Shown: positions 1 to 12,600 of the stretch, one piece after another
Layout: the number at the start of each line of letters is the position of its first letter
How positions within the stretch are numbered: the stretch's first letter is position 1
Source: Nemertoderma westbladi
Lineage: Eukaryota > Animalia > Xenacoelomorpha
Direction of reading: 5' to 3'
NCBI GenBank assembly: GCA_032718475.1
Contig: JAUCBJ010000889.1
Coordinates: 1 to 51,296 of the forward strand
DNA: 51,296 nt
Notes under the pieces: generated by a model
Databases searched by the model: none
Told to the model about the DNA's origin: nothing
Seen by the model: the letters and a program-made list of their open reading frames with translations, nothing else
Made by a program: the position numbers and the translations under genes

Positions 1-1493
1 TAGTACTTTTCCGAAAAATATATTGTCTTCCTAGTAGTGAAAACCGTTTTCAAAAATATTTGGTACTTTTCGAGTTATAGCACCATTTTTTAACCCTACT
101 TTTGGCACTTTTTTTGAGACGTTTTTTGAAAATTACATTTCATTAAATATGAATTGTAACATCTCTATTTTTGATTTACACCGGTTTTTTGGTGTTAGAA
201 ATTGGATGGAGGATGGAATTCATATAAATTGATTTAGAAATTTCAAACTTGTTTTTTTCGGTGGGTGCCAAATTTTGGTGCCAGCACCAAATTTTGAAAT
301 ATGTCAATTTTGTAAATTGATTGTTTGAAACTTGTTTTTTACGCAATTGGGGTTTTTTGGGTTCTGGATTCGATGAAATATATACGAGTTGCACCAAGCG
401 TATCAAACTTGTATTTTTCGATGCTGTGTGCAAATTTTGGTGCTAGCACGAAATTGTGAAATACCATCAAATATATGCATTGTGACAATTTATGTCTTCC
501 GTTGGACCAGGCTTATGGCTGTTCTGAATTCAATGGAATATCTCAGTATCGAGCACTAGACATCTCACACTTGTACTTTTCGGATGTGGGTGCACAATGT
601 GGTGCTAGCACCTAATTTTGAAAACCAGCAAATTATGTCAATTGATTGTGTCACCTTGTTTCTTGCGTTATACGGGTTTGTGAGGGTTCTGAATTCAATG
701 GAATCATTGAAAAAATTGCATAAGAGTTCTCAAACTTGTATTTTTCGCCGGTGGGTGAAAATTGTTGTGCCAGCACCAAATTTTGGAAAATATGCAAATT
801 GATCAGTAGATAGTATCACCTTGTTTCTTGCGTTATACGGGTTTATGAGGGTCCTGAATCCGATGGAATCTATAAAAACAGCACTGGACATCTCAAAATT
901 GTACTTTTTGGTGATGGGTACGAAATTTGGTGCTAGCAACAAAATTTGCCAAATTACGCCGACAAATACAAGTAGCAATGATCTGGCATATTAGAAATGT
1001 ATTCCATTAGAATCAGCGCCCTCGAAAACCTGAAAATGGGAATTTATAGCATCGTATAAGAGAATTAACAATTGTGTGTTCTAACTGAAAAGTGCTGGTT
1101 ACTTGTTTTTTTCATTTTTTTCCTACGCAGAGAGGACTAAACAGCCATTTATAGTAATCATATCATTTTTAAATATTTTCTAATGTATTTTACACCCCAG
1201 AAAACCTATATTGAAAAATAATTAGCCGAAAATGTAACTGTCAAATTTTGTGAAAATTGCGCACTACTTGTAATTTTGGTGCCGCAATATAACCACACCA
1301 GTACATTTTTTCGAAAAAATTTTTTTTCGGTCGGATCCAGACAAGTGATACCTACGTACAAACAAAAAATCAGACGTTTTCGTAAATATTTGTAGATTTT
1401 AGAGGGGGGGGGGGGGGGGGGGGGTCAATATGACCCCCCCACCCCCCCCCCCCCGGTATTTGTACAACATTTTATAGCCCGGTACTAACAGGG
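1..1493. mobile_element. Right end of a non-autonomous DNA transposon (piggyBac-like terminus); left end outside the window
   Basis: Subterminal G21-TCAATATGA-C-run hairpin (1404-1454), then ...CCCGGTACTAACAGGG followed by TTAT (1494-1497, TTAA-like site). The sequence switches abruptly there into RT-coding sequence. Family assignment is inferred from the AGGG/TTAA-like end only. Confidence 0.4.
260..950. repeat. Degenerate ~163-bp tandem repeat, ~5 copies, each with a palindromic core AAATTTTGGTGC(T/C)AGCACCAAATTT
   Basis: Core copies start near 270, 433, 596, 760 and 923. Flanks also recur (e.g. caccttgtttcttgcgttatacgggttt at ~652 and ~817). Confidence 0.7.
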
Positions 1494-3345
1494 TTATGGG
1501 AGGAACACCAGGGTGATGGTTGGGGCGTTTTACTAGTCGACGCTAGAAACGCTTTTAACGCAGTAAACCGAGTGACAGCACTCTGGAACTTTCGTATGCT
1601 TTGGCCACGCGAGTCCCGCTTCTTGTTCAACACATACCGGGGGTATGCCTCCCTGATTATCCATGGTGAGCGAGGGGCGGTCACCCTACCTAGTAGGGAA
1701 GGTTGGACGCAGGGGGACCCCTTTGCGATGCTAGGTTACGCGGTCGCGGTGTATTCCCTCATCATTAAGCTAAAGAATTCAGTGGCATGGACTCAAGTAT
1801 GGTTCGCTGACGATGCTCAGAATGCCACTACATTATCTGACTTGCTCGAGTGGTTTATTCTCCTCAAGGAGCTCGGCCCCTCCTACAGCTATTACCCAGA
1901 GCCTGACAAGTGTATGTTGGTTGTTGAGGACTGTGATGTTACCCTAGCCCAAGAGTTGTTCCGTGACCTTGGGGTTAGGGTGGATGGACGAGGAATTGTA
2001 AAGGGCACTCGTACTCTGGGCGGCTTTGTGGGTGATGCTTCCCTCCAGGCCGAGTATATCTCCGGGAAGGTAGCGACATGGGAGTGTGCAGTGTCTAGAT
2101 TAGCCAGTGTTGCTACCAATCAGCCACAGGCTGCTTATGCTGCATTCACCAGGAGTCTGCAATGTGAATGGGACTACCTACAGCGAGTCATTCCTGTCAC
2201 GTTGGATTAGGACCCTTCGCCCTATACATCCATTGAACGAGTAGTTGCAGATTCGTTCATCCCTGCCATCCTAGACGCTCTGTCAACTGCTTTAGAGCGA
2301 GAGTTTTTCGCACTACCACCGCGATCTGGGGGCCTGGTTATCTGGAACCCTTGTGAGACAGCTTCACTCTCTTACACGACTTTGCATGAAGGTACTGCAG
2401 TGGCAGTCGCTGCTATCAAAGGTGACACCGTTTTCTCACATGCAGACCACATGAGTTGCCTGAAGGAAGCCAAGAACAAACAACGTCTCCAGAAACAGCC
2501 CAAGGAGGAGGAGGTGAATGGGAAAGTGTCCGACTGCCCCCCCCCCCCCCCCCTGAACGAGTTCGCACGATTGAGCAGGCTGCTTCGGAACGGACCTCAG
2601 GCTGGTTCACGGTCGCCCCAGTCTGATGTCACCACTTTTACCTGTCTGCCAATGAATTCCGGGATGGTCTTTACCTCCGATATGGACGTCCCCTGGTTGG
2701 TGCCCATGCGAGGTGTGATGGTTGCAGGGAAGTATTTACCACAACCCACGCGCTCGATTGCAAGAAGGGGCGCCTGGTAACCCTCCGCCACAATGAGGTT
2801 CGGGACATCCAGGGCGACCTGTTCAGTCTCGCCTTCCCTGAGTCATGCATAGCATGGGAGCCAGTGATTCGTGAGGTGACATGGGGTGGTGGGTCTACGT
2901 GCAGACCTTTCGGTAAGGGGCTATTGGCAGCCACAGAGACGGGCATTATTCGATGTTCGGGACGTTGACCCTGGTGCCCCCTCATACGTGTCGCTTCTGA
3001 CGGCCTCCATACTGATTGATGCTGAGCATGAGAAGAAGACGAAATACCACGACGCCTGTGCCCTTCGTCAGGCCGATTTTACCCCTCTTGTGGTAACGGT
3101 GGATGGCTTGCTCGCCCCTGAGTACTCCATGGCGTTATAGAGGCTGGCCGACAGGCCAGAAATTGGCAAATAAAATATCCAAGAAATTGGCAAAGCCTTA
3201 CAGCTGTGTCATGGGATGGGTGAGGGCGCGCCTCTCGTTTGGGGTCCTGAGGGCAACTTGTGCCTGCTTAAGGGCGTCGAGGACAAAGTGGCGTAGTATT
3301 GGGGCAGAGCATGGTGCTGGAATCCCCTTAGGTTTACGTATCTGA
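1494..3345 (+). pseudogene. Decayed, 5'-truncated CRE-clade non-LTR retrotransposon ORF (RT + CCHC + restriction-like endonuclease)
   Basis: Motifs: VLLVDARNAFN (from ~1527), GWTQGDP, WFADD, LGGFVG, LPPRSGGL, CDGC..HALDCKKG..RHNEVRD, RADLSVRGYW..FDVR, EKKTKY..FTPLVV, WVRARLSF. Broken by TAG at 2208-2210, a C17 run at 2537-2553 and further frameshifts. Confidence 0.85.
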
Positions 3346-3665
3346 AACTGTATGGTGTAATGCCAAGTAACAACAGGGAAGGAGTGGAAATACTAACTCA
3401 AACTATTGTATATAAACTCTTCATGATTATTTGTTAGATTTAATTCTTGTTTTTGAAGTTTGTAATTATATCTGAATAATTAAGTACGGGTAGGCAGGTT
3501 AAACAGTAACAATTAATTACCGCACAACTGAAAATTAAAAAGATCATGTTCCAACCGGGCTAACTATCTCAAACTAGTAAAATGGAAATTAACTACATTA
3601 TTACTATACCATCTCGTAGATTATTTATATTAATGGAGATAATTGCAATAAGTGTACCATAATAG

Positions 3666-3779
3666 TATCCATATTAATATAGTAATAGTAATAATATCCT
3701 ATAGTGTGTCATTAACATAGAGTTATAGTTATTTTTATAGTTATAGAGCGAGTTAAACATTTTGGCTGCTGATATTAGG
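3666..3779 (+). repeat. 114-bp direct repeat, copy 1 (copy 2 at 5733-5846)
   Basis: tatccatattaatatag...gctgatattagg occurs twice; one mismatch seen (ttaaac vs ttatac). Confidence 0.9.
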
Positions 3780-4193
3780 CTGCTGACCATAATAGTATTA
3801 ATTACCATTAATACGTATTTACTGCATCTCATTTTAAATTTATACGCATATATTTAATCTCATTTTTACGACATCAGAGACCGACCCTTTTATTAATACG
3901 TATATATATATTTCATCTTATTTTAATACAAATATTTCTATCTAATTTCATATAACATCCAGTCTTCTGACCCTTTTAACTTCTTCGTTTAATCTCATAA
4001 TTAGCACGGCCTTTTTGAGACCAATTACATACAGTAATAATTTTAACTCGATGTATTTTAATGTACCTTAAATAATTATTAACTCATATTTTAAACTAAG
4101 TAATGTATGAATGTGTATTAACTCATATTTTAAACTATGTAATGTATCTCTTATGGGGGAAACCCCATCACCATATAATACTATAGTTAAATT

Positions 4194-5596
4194 CGTTGAA
4201 AAGTTGAAAACAAATAAGTTGGTGCCAGTTCCCAAGAAGGGCAACCTAACACTCTATGGTTCTTTTCGGGGAATCTCATTGATCTCGATTGCTGCAAAGC
4301 TATACAATAGGATTCTATTAAATCGCATCAGGGATCCCATTGAGAGACTGCTCCGTGGAAATCAGAATGGGTTCCGTAAAGGTCGTGGGACCATGGAGCC
4401 CATTTTGGCACTTAGAAGGATAATTGAAGAATTATCAAAAAAGAAAGACAGGCATCTGGCTGTTATCTTTGTTGACTTCTTCAAGGCCTTTGATTCAGTC
4501 TCTCGCTCACGTATGTTCAGCATACTTTCATTATATGGGATTCCTGATGAAATTATTGCAGCAATCAGATCAGTATACGATGGTTCGACAACATTTGTGT
4601 CTAATGTTGACGGTGACACAGAACCATTTGAAGTGTTATGGGGCGTCCTCCAAGGAGACACACTTGCACCATTCTTGTTCATTATTGTGGTTGACTATGT
4701 TCTACGCATGTCCTTAGATCATCATAATGATGATGGGGTGATGATAACTCCACCTACTGGCTCCAGAAGTCGAGGAAATCCTGCCAAGTACCTAACTGAT
4801 CTAGACTTTGCTGATGACTTAGGAGTACTCTCAGAATCATTAGAGGGAGCCCAACGGCTCCTCAGCTCATTAGAACATGCTGCTTCTAGTGTTGGTCTTT
4901 TTATTAACTCCAGAAAGAAAACTTCAGCAAGTTTCTGATCGGATGAGCATAAGCTCAAAGGATGGTATGCTTGAGCATGTGGACGACTTCTGTTACCTGG
5001 GATCATGGATCCGGAAGTCAGGTGAGGACCTTCGAATACGTAAGGGAAAGGCATGGGCAGCCTTGAATAGGCTTTCCAGGATTTGGAAGTCACCGAGAAT
5101 TAATCGGAAACTTAAGGTCCGATTATTTAGAGCAGCAGTAGTTCCAGTACTCCTCTACGGGAGTCCATGCTGGGCTCTAACTGCTGAGGACACCAAATCT
5201 CTGGATGGCACATTCACAAGAATGCTACGCCGGGTTCATTGTGTCAAGTGCAATGCACACATCTCCAACCAGACACTATATAACATTGGAGGTGTCTCAT
5301 TGGTTCCCCCAAGCTTGACACTAGAACAAAATCGCCTCCGCTTTGCAGGACATTGCTTTCGCCGTGAGGACCAGCCAGTGCATAATCTTATACTTTGGCA
5401 GCCTCATGGAGTGAATAAGCATGGTGGACAGCCCATGACTTTCTTGAGACGCATCTTAATGGACACTGGCCTTAAAGATGCGGATGATCTAGCAAATGTC
5501 ATGGGTGATAGGGAGTTGTGGCGGTGCAATTTTGTTGACAAACCGGCACAGCATTCTTAAAAATGCAGCTGCAATGCAGCATGCCGATCCTAGTAG
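4194..5596 (+). mobile_element. 5'-truncated RTE-like LINE (RT and C-terminal region), frameshifted
   Basis: Motifs PKKGNL..FRGISL, NQNGFRKGR, FVDFFKAFDSV, GVLQGDTLAPFLF, LDFADD, FCYLGS, VLLYGS, RLRFAGHCFR. Frameshift near 4920-4940. Short (TAG)n tail. Flanked by the 12-bp direct repeat TATAGTTAAATT (4182-4193 and 5597-5608), consistent with a TSD. Confidence 0.85.
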
Positions 5597-5655
5597 TATA
5601 GTTAAATTGTCTATGCAGTCTTTGTTCAGTTCTAAGTTATGGTGTAAATTTATAT

Positions 5656-5666
5656 TAATAATAATA

Positions 5667-5733
<67 letters not shown>
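5656..5733. repeat. (AAT)n microsatellite
   Basis: Directly visible, ~25 units with one interruption. Confidence 0.97.
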
Positions 5734-5734
<1 letters not shown>

Positions 5735-5846
5735 TCCATATTAATATAGTAATAGTAATAATATCCTATAGTGTGTCATTAACATAGAGTTATAGTTATT
5801 TTTATAGTTATAGAGCGAGTTATACATTTTGGCTGCTGATATTAGG
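5733..5846 (+). repeat. 114-bp direct repeat, copy 2
   Basis: Near-identical to 3666-3779. Confidence 0.9.
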
Positions 5847-5989
5847 AATGTATTGTAACCATATTTGTTTCGAATCATAAGTATTTTTATTGTCTTGGTT
5901 CTAATATTTATTTGCTATGTGGTGTTTTTTAGTTGGTCAATAAAAGGAAGCCGTGTGTAATGCAGGAATCAGATCTAACATGTACCTGT

Positions 5990-6623
5990 AATAACTATTT
6001 ACATACTTGTGTCTAAAGTAGCACTTTACAGTGTGATGATCAGAGTGGCTTTGCTACACGAACGAACGTTAGTGAGTGATTGAAAATAAAGCCACGAGGA
6101 TCAGAACACTGTAAAGTACTTTGCAACAAGTATGTATGTAGTTTTATTCCAAAATTTTAACATTACGAAATGATTGCACATATACATTATAAGTGATATA
6201 AACTGCACAAATTATATTATTTCCTGTAAAAATAAATATAAAAATGACATAAATTATGTTATATATAAGTTAGCTTATATTTATGGTGGCGTTTGGAGCC
6301 ATGTTATAATAATATAGCTAGGCCCTAGTGGTTATTAATAGCTCTACCCCGCCTACCGGTAGGTAATGCAGTAGGACTATTTGGCTGTCACGAAAATTTC
6401 CACCTATTGTTTACGTGGTATCCAATGACGGCGTTAAGTAATGTCCCCTTAGTGGACATTACTTAACGCCGTCATGGGTTACCACGTAAACAATAACACC
6501 AAATAAAATACTAAATGTACAGGCCAATACAATGCTGTAATGTCCTAGAAAGTTGGAAAGTGCTAAATAACAATTCGCTGTTAATACTAACGGCGTTGAG
6601 TAATGTTACAATTTTGGAATAAA
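5990..6623. mobile_element. Hairpin-rich non-autonomous element (Crypton-like/MITE)
   Basis: Imperfect ~150-bp terminal hairpin (~5993-6143), 24-bp inverted repeat with 1 mismatch (6143-6166 / 6600-6623) and a 91-bp internal hairpin (6405-6495). The family name is inference. Confidence 0.5.
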
Positions 6624-7339
6624 GATATTTTGTTGAGTGGAACACTCATAGGGCGTTTAAGTGTGGAAGTCTTGTAACTGTTCTTAGTTCAGTTCCAGTG
6701 CTTTCTTGTATTTTTTTTATATGATACGGAGAGCATAATTTTGTATTTAATTGTGGTAGGGCATTACGAGTGTTTTATACAGCATTAGTTTCGTTAATAG
6801 AGGTAGTTGTCCTTTTATCTGTCTTAGTAATGATATTGTCATAAACATTTATTGCTGGGTTGTATGTAGCTGTTCCTTTCATGATATTTTATTATGGAGG
6901 AATTCTCGCGCTATCGTCACCGGCGTGGTAATCATTTTCTTGATACAACATACAATTGTAGCAACTTTTGTTTGATGTTAGTCTGGGTCTCTCTTGTAAT
7001 AACTGTTGTTATTCATTTCATTAGTCATCTGTGGTCAACCCGCTCTACCCCAAACTGTATCGATTTTTATTATCTATAATAACCCCCAGATATTTAATTT
7101 CTGTTGATTGGTCAATTATTTTATTGTTTAAGATTAAATTTAGGCTATTTATCTCAGGTGTTCGTGGTTTTGGGCTTCGTAGTAACAGTACTGTTTTAGT
7201 CTGTGTTATTGATTTGAATAGCTGTTCTATTATTTGTTTGTGTAGTTTATCTACAGCTAGAGGTTTTGGTTCTCTGGACGCCAGAAGAAATTATTACAGT
7301 TCTCTGATCACTGTACGATGGTTCCACCACATTAGTGTC

Positions 7340-7740
7340 TCCTGCTGATGGTGGCGACACAGATCCATTCGAAGTCTTATGGGGAGTCCTTCACGGTGAC
7401 ACACTTGCACTCTTTTTATTCGTAATTGTGATTGACTGACTATGTTATACGCATGTCCTTAGATCATCATAATGATTATGGGTGATGATAACTCCACCTA
7501 CTGTACTGCCACAAATAAATAAATCCATTAAATTACCTTACTGATCTAGAATTTGCTGATGACTTAGGGGTACCTGTACTGTCAGAATCACTCGGAAACA
7601 TATTAAGTTAGGGGGGGGGGGGGGGGGGGGGGTTGCGATCTTTGTCAGGTGATCAAAGTAGTATTATACTTAATTATACTTAATATACGTAATATATATA
7701 ATGCAGCTGCAATGCAGCACTCCGATAGCAGTAGTAGTAT
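7340..7740 (+). mobile_element. Degraded, internally deleted second copy of the RTE-like LINE
   Basis: ~7345-7590 aligns to ~4605-4840 (GDT.PFEVLWGVL.GDTLA..LEFADD). ~7700-7740 (aatgcagctgcaatgcagca..tagtagta) matches the 3' end at 5562-5598. A G22 run (7611-7632) lies between them. Confidence 0.8.
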
Positions 7741-9610
7741 TTCCTAGACGAGCGCCAAGGTTAGAGTAACTCACCACACCCATTGATTCTCTATCAAATT
7801 GAAATCCACATAAAAGACTATTAAGAACAGCACTAAACATCATCACATGACTTATGCTGAGATTTATTGTCAAATACCATGAATGTTGGTGACAGGTGAT
7901 GAATATATATCCTGGGTGTTATATCCTTGGTTATCTTACAGTATGGGAAACTTCCGTTAAGATTATTGGTTCCCATGACCTGAGTCATATTCGTGGAACA
8001 TAGTCACGGATTTCAATTAATTATAATCGATTTCTACGTACACACACCCCTTTCTTGTATAAAGATGACAAACATTACATTACAGAGATATTTGCGATAG
8101 ATAATATCTCCCTTGGAACACACAGCCCATTAATTAGTGAACTAAATGTTAACACCCATATTTGTAGAAGTAAAGTTCAGTTGTTACCAAACCATATAAA
8201 GGCTGTGAAACGGCTGTGTGTCAGTCAGTATACCTTACGAGTACTTAATCACAGTGTCGCAGAATCGCTACAATTTATTCAGCTCCAAAGATCCTGACGA
8301 AAGACAAAATTTATCTACAAATAAATGTAAGTTTGTAATCTAATTGCGTTGCCTTATGTTATACATATAAAGTAGCAAAGGTGCAGAAATATTTTTGTAG
8401 AAATAGATACATTTTTAGTAATATATTTTCTCCTGAACATCTTATATTAAATCTTTCACCAACATTATTAATGTTGCTTCATAAACATACAACAACATTC
8501 CAGTCACAGTGTGACCGTACACTTAATCAGGTTATACAGTATAAATAACTAGACCTATTATCTGTCTGTTCGTACATATTTAGACCTACCAGCTGTCTCT
8601 ATGTACATAAAGTACATACGGAGATTTACCATCAGTATGTACGTAGATACCAACACAGAACATCAATCTTTACATACATAGATACCTACTGTCATTATTA
8701 CTAAACCATAATTACTATCGGCTTGTAATATTATTATTTTAGGTTGATCAACGATACAGAAGATCAAATTCTAAGTGAATATAGACGAACCTCCCCAGTT
8801 ACCAACGTTCCTTCTCGTTCCATCCAATAACCTTCAGTTCCAGAACTTAATAATTGTAAATCAACCCATTGTAAGTTATACTTTTGTTATATATTATAAT
8901 GTGAGCCGTATTTTAGGGTGCAGGTTTAATAGTATTTATAATGGAATATGGAAGCAATGTTAAGTTTTTCGGTTGTGATATTTATGTTCCCGAGATATTC
9001 ATAGATATTTCGATAGTAAAACAATATCCTTCTGGTGGGTTTGGACGCAGAGTGGAGGCAGTTAGTTTGTAATGAATTATTTTACATTTTTTACATATTT
9101 TTTTTAATATATGTACGAGAATTATTTTATTTATTTAATATCGGCGAATAGGAGTCAGCATGGAATGAAGAAATTGCATTGAATTTGGTAAGATAAACCT
9201 ATTTTTGTAATCCATTTCTGTAATGATCTGTTTCGGAAGTAACCAAACCAATAGACACGGCGGTACGTATCATTTACCTTTACCGCAAACAAATTATTCC
9301 GTTAAAAATGAGTGTAAATGTTAGACCAAAACTCTATGTAGTCTATGATGATATATGTAAGCCGACCACTTGCGACTTACTCTTTATACATGACCCAAGA
9401 GTGGTTGGAACTTGGCCTAACCTAAATACCTTATGTGTAAACTAGCCGACTTCTAGCGATCCTCCATAAGTCACCTGTGGTCGGCTGGTCGGCTTTCATA
9501 TAAAATGAAATGAACTGGTATGTCTTTGCCAACGGAGTAATAGTCATAATAATATTTGTACCCACTTTATTATTCATATATACTAGTTAACAGATTCAAA
9601 ATAGAACAAC

Positions 9611-12600
9611 ACTTCGCCTCCCACACCCTCCACAGATCCACCTGTACTTCCCACTCCGCCTCCCACACCCTCCACAGATCCTCCTGCACTTCCCATTACA
9701 TCACCCACACCCTCCACAGATCCCCCCATACCTCCCACTCCGTCTCCTACACCCTCCACAAATCCCCACATACATCCCACTTCACCTCCCACACCCTCCA
9801 CAGATCATCCTGTACTTCCCACTCCCTCACCCACACCCTCCACAGATCCCCCCATACCTCCCACTCCGTCTCCTACACCCTCCACAGATCCCCCCATACA
9901 TCCCACTTCGCCTCCCACACCCGCCACAGATCCTCCTGAACTTCCCACTCCATCACCCACACCCTCCACAGATCCCCCATACCTCCCACTCCGTCTCCTA
10001 CACCCTCCTCAGATAACCCCATACATCCCACTTCGCCTCCCACACCCTCCAAAGATCCTCCTGTACTTTCCACTCCGCCTCCCACACCCTCCACAGATCC
10101 TCCTGTACTTCCCACTCCCTCACCCACACCCTCCACAGATCCCCCCATACCTCCCACTCCGTCTCCTACACCCTCCACAGATGCCCCCATACATCCCACT
10201 TCGCCTCCCACACCCTCCACAGATCCTCCTGTACTTCCCACTCCATCACCCACACCCTCCACACATCCCCCCACACCTCACACTCCGTCTCCTACTCCCT
10301 CCACAGATCCCCCCATACCTCCCACTCCGTCTCCCAACACCCGCCACAGATCCCCCGTACCTCCCACTCCATCACCCACACCCTCCACAGATCCCCCCGC
10401 CCACATACCTCCCACTTCGTCTCCCACACCCTCCACCGATCCTCCTGTACTTCCCACTCCGTCTCCCACACCCTCCACAGATCCCCCCATACCTCACACT
10501 CCGTCTCCTATTCCCTCCACAGATCCCCCATACCTCCCACTCCGTCTCCTACACTCTCCACAGATCCCCCCATACTTCCCACTCCGCATCCAACACCCTC
10601 CACAGATCCTCCTGTACTTCCTACACCGTCCACCGATCCCCCCATACCTCCCACTCCGTCTCCCACACCCTCCACAGATCCCCCCATACCTCCCATTCCG
10701 TCTCCCACACCCTCCACAGATCCCCCCATACCTCCCATTCCGTCTCCTACACCCTCCACAGATCCTCCTGTACTTCCCACTCCGTCTCCCACACCCTCCA
10801 CAGATCCCCCCATACCTCCCATTCCGTCTCCTACACCCTCCACAGATCCTCCTGTACTTTCCACTCCGCCTCCCACACCCTCCACAGATCCTCCTGTACT
10901 TCCCACTCCATCACCCACACCCTCCACATATCACCCCATACCTCACACTCCGTCTCCTACACCATCCACAGATGCCCACATACATCCCACTCCGTCTCCT
11001 ATACCCTCCACAGATGCCCCCATACATCCCACTTTGCCTCCCACACCCTCCACAGATCCTCATGTACTTCCCACTCCATCACCCACACCCTCCACACATC
11101 CCCCCATACCTCACACTCCGTCTCCTACTCCCTCCACAGATCCCCCCATACCTCCCACTCCGTCTCCTACTCCCTCCACAGATCCCCCCATACCTCCCAC
11201 TCCGTCTCCTACACCCTCCACAGATCCCCCATACCTCCCACTCCGTCTCCCCACACCCGCCACAGATCCCCCGTACCTCCCACTCCATCACCCACACCCT
11301 CCACAGATCCCCCCGCCCCCATACCCCCCACTTCGTCTCCCACACCCTCCACCGATCCTCCTGTACTTCCCACTCCGTCTCCCACACCCTCCACAGATCC
11401 CCCCATACCTCCCACTCCGTCTCCTATTCCCTCCACAGATCTCCCATACCTCCCACTCCGTCTCCTACACTCTCCACAGATCCCCCCATACTTCCCACTC
11501 CGCATCCAACACCCTCCACAGATCCTCCTGTACTTCCTACTCCGTCTCCTACACCGTCCACCGATCCCCCCATACCTCCCACTCCGTCTCCCACACCCTC
11601 CACAGATCCCCCCATACCTCCCATTCCGTCTCCCACACCCTCCACAGATCCCCCCATACCTCCCATTCCGTCTCCTACACCCTCCACAGATCCTCCTGTA
11701 CTTCCCACTCCGTCTCCCACACCCTCCACAGATCCTCCTGTACTTCCCATTCCATCACCCACACCCTCAACAGATCCCCCCATACCTCCTACTCCGTCTC
11801 CTACACCCTCCACAGATCCTCCCATAGTTCCCACTCCGCCTCCCACACCCTCCAAAGATCCTCCTGTACTTCACATTCCGTCTCCCACAACGTCCACAGA
11901 TCCTCCTGTACTTTCCACTCCGCCTCCCACACCCTCCACAGTTCCTCCTGTAATACCCACTCCGTCTCCCACACCCTCCACAGATCCACCTGTACTTCCC
12001 ACTCCGTCTCCCACACCGTCCACAGATCCTCCGGTACTTCACACTCCGTCTCGCACACCCTCCGCAGATCCCCCCATACCTCCCACTCCGTCTCCCACAC
12101 CCTCCACAGATCCTCTCGTACTTCCAACACAGTCTCCCACACCTTCCACAGATCATCCTGTACTTCCCACTCCGTCTCCTACACCCTCCACAGATCCTCC
12201 TGTATTTCCCACTCCGTCTCCCAGACCCTACACGGATCCCCACATACCTTCCACTCCGTCTCCTACACCCTCCACAGATGCCCCATACTTCCCACTTCGC
12301 CTCCCACACCTCCTGTACTGATCCTCCTGTACTTCCCACTCCCACTCCGTCTCCCACACCCTCCACAGATCCCCTCATACCTCCCAATCCGTCTCCCACA
12401 CCCTACACAGATCCCCCCATACTTCCCACTCCGCCTACCACACCCTCCACAGATCCTCCTGTTCTTCCCACTCCGTCTCCCCACACCCGCCACAGATCCC
12501 CCGTACCTCCCACTCCATCTCCAACACCCTACACAGATCCCCGCCTACCTCCCACTCCGTCTGCTACACCCTCCAGAGATCCTCCTGTTCTTCCCACTCC

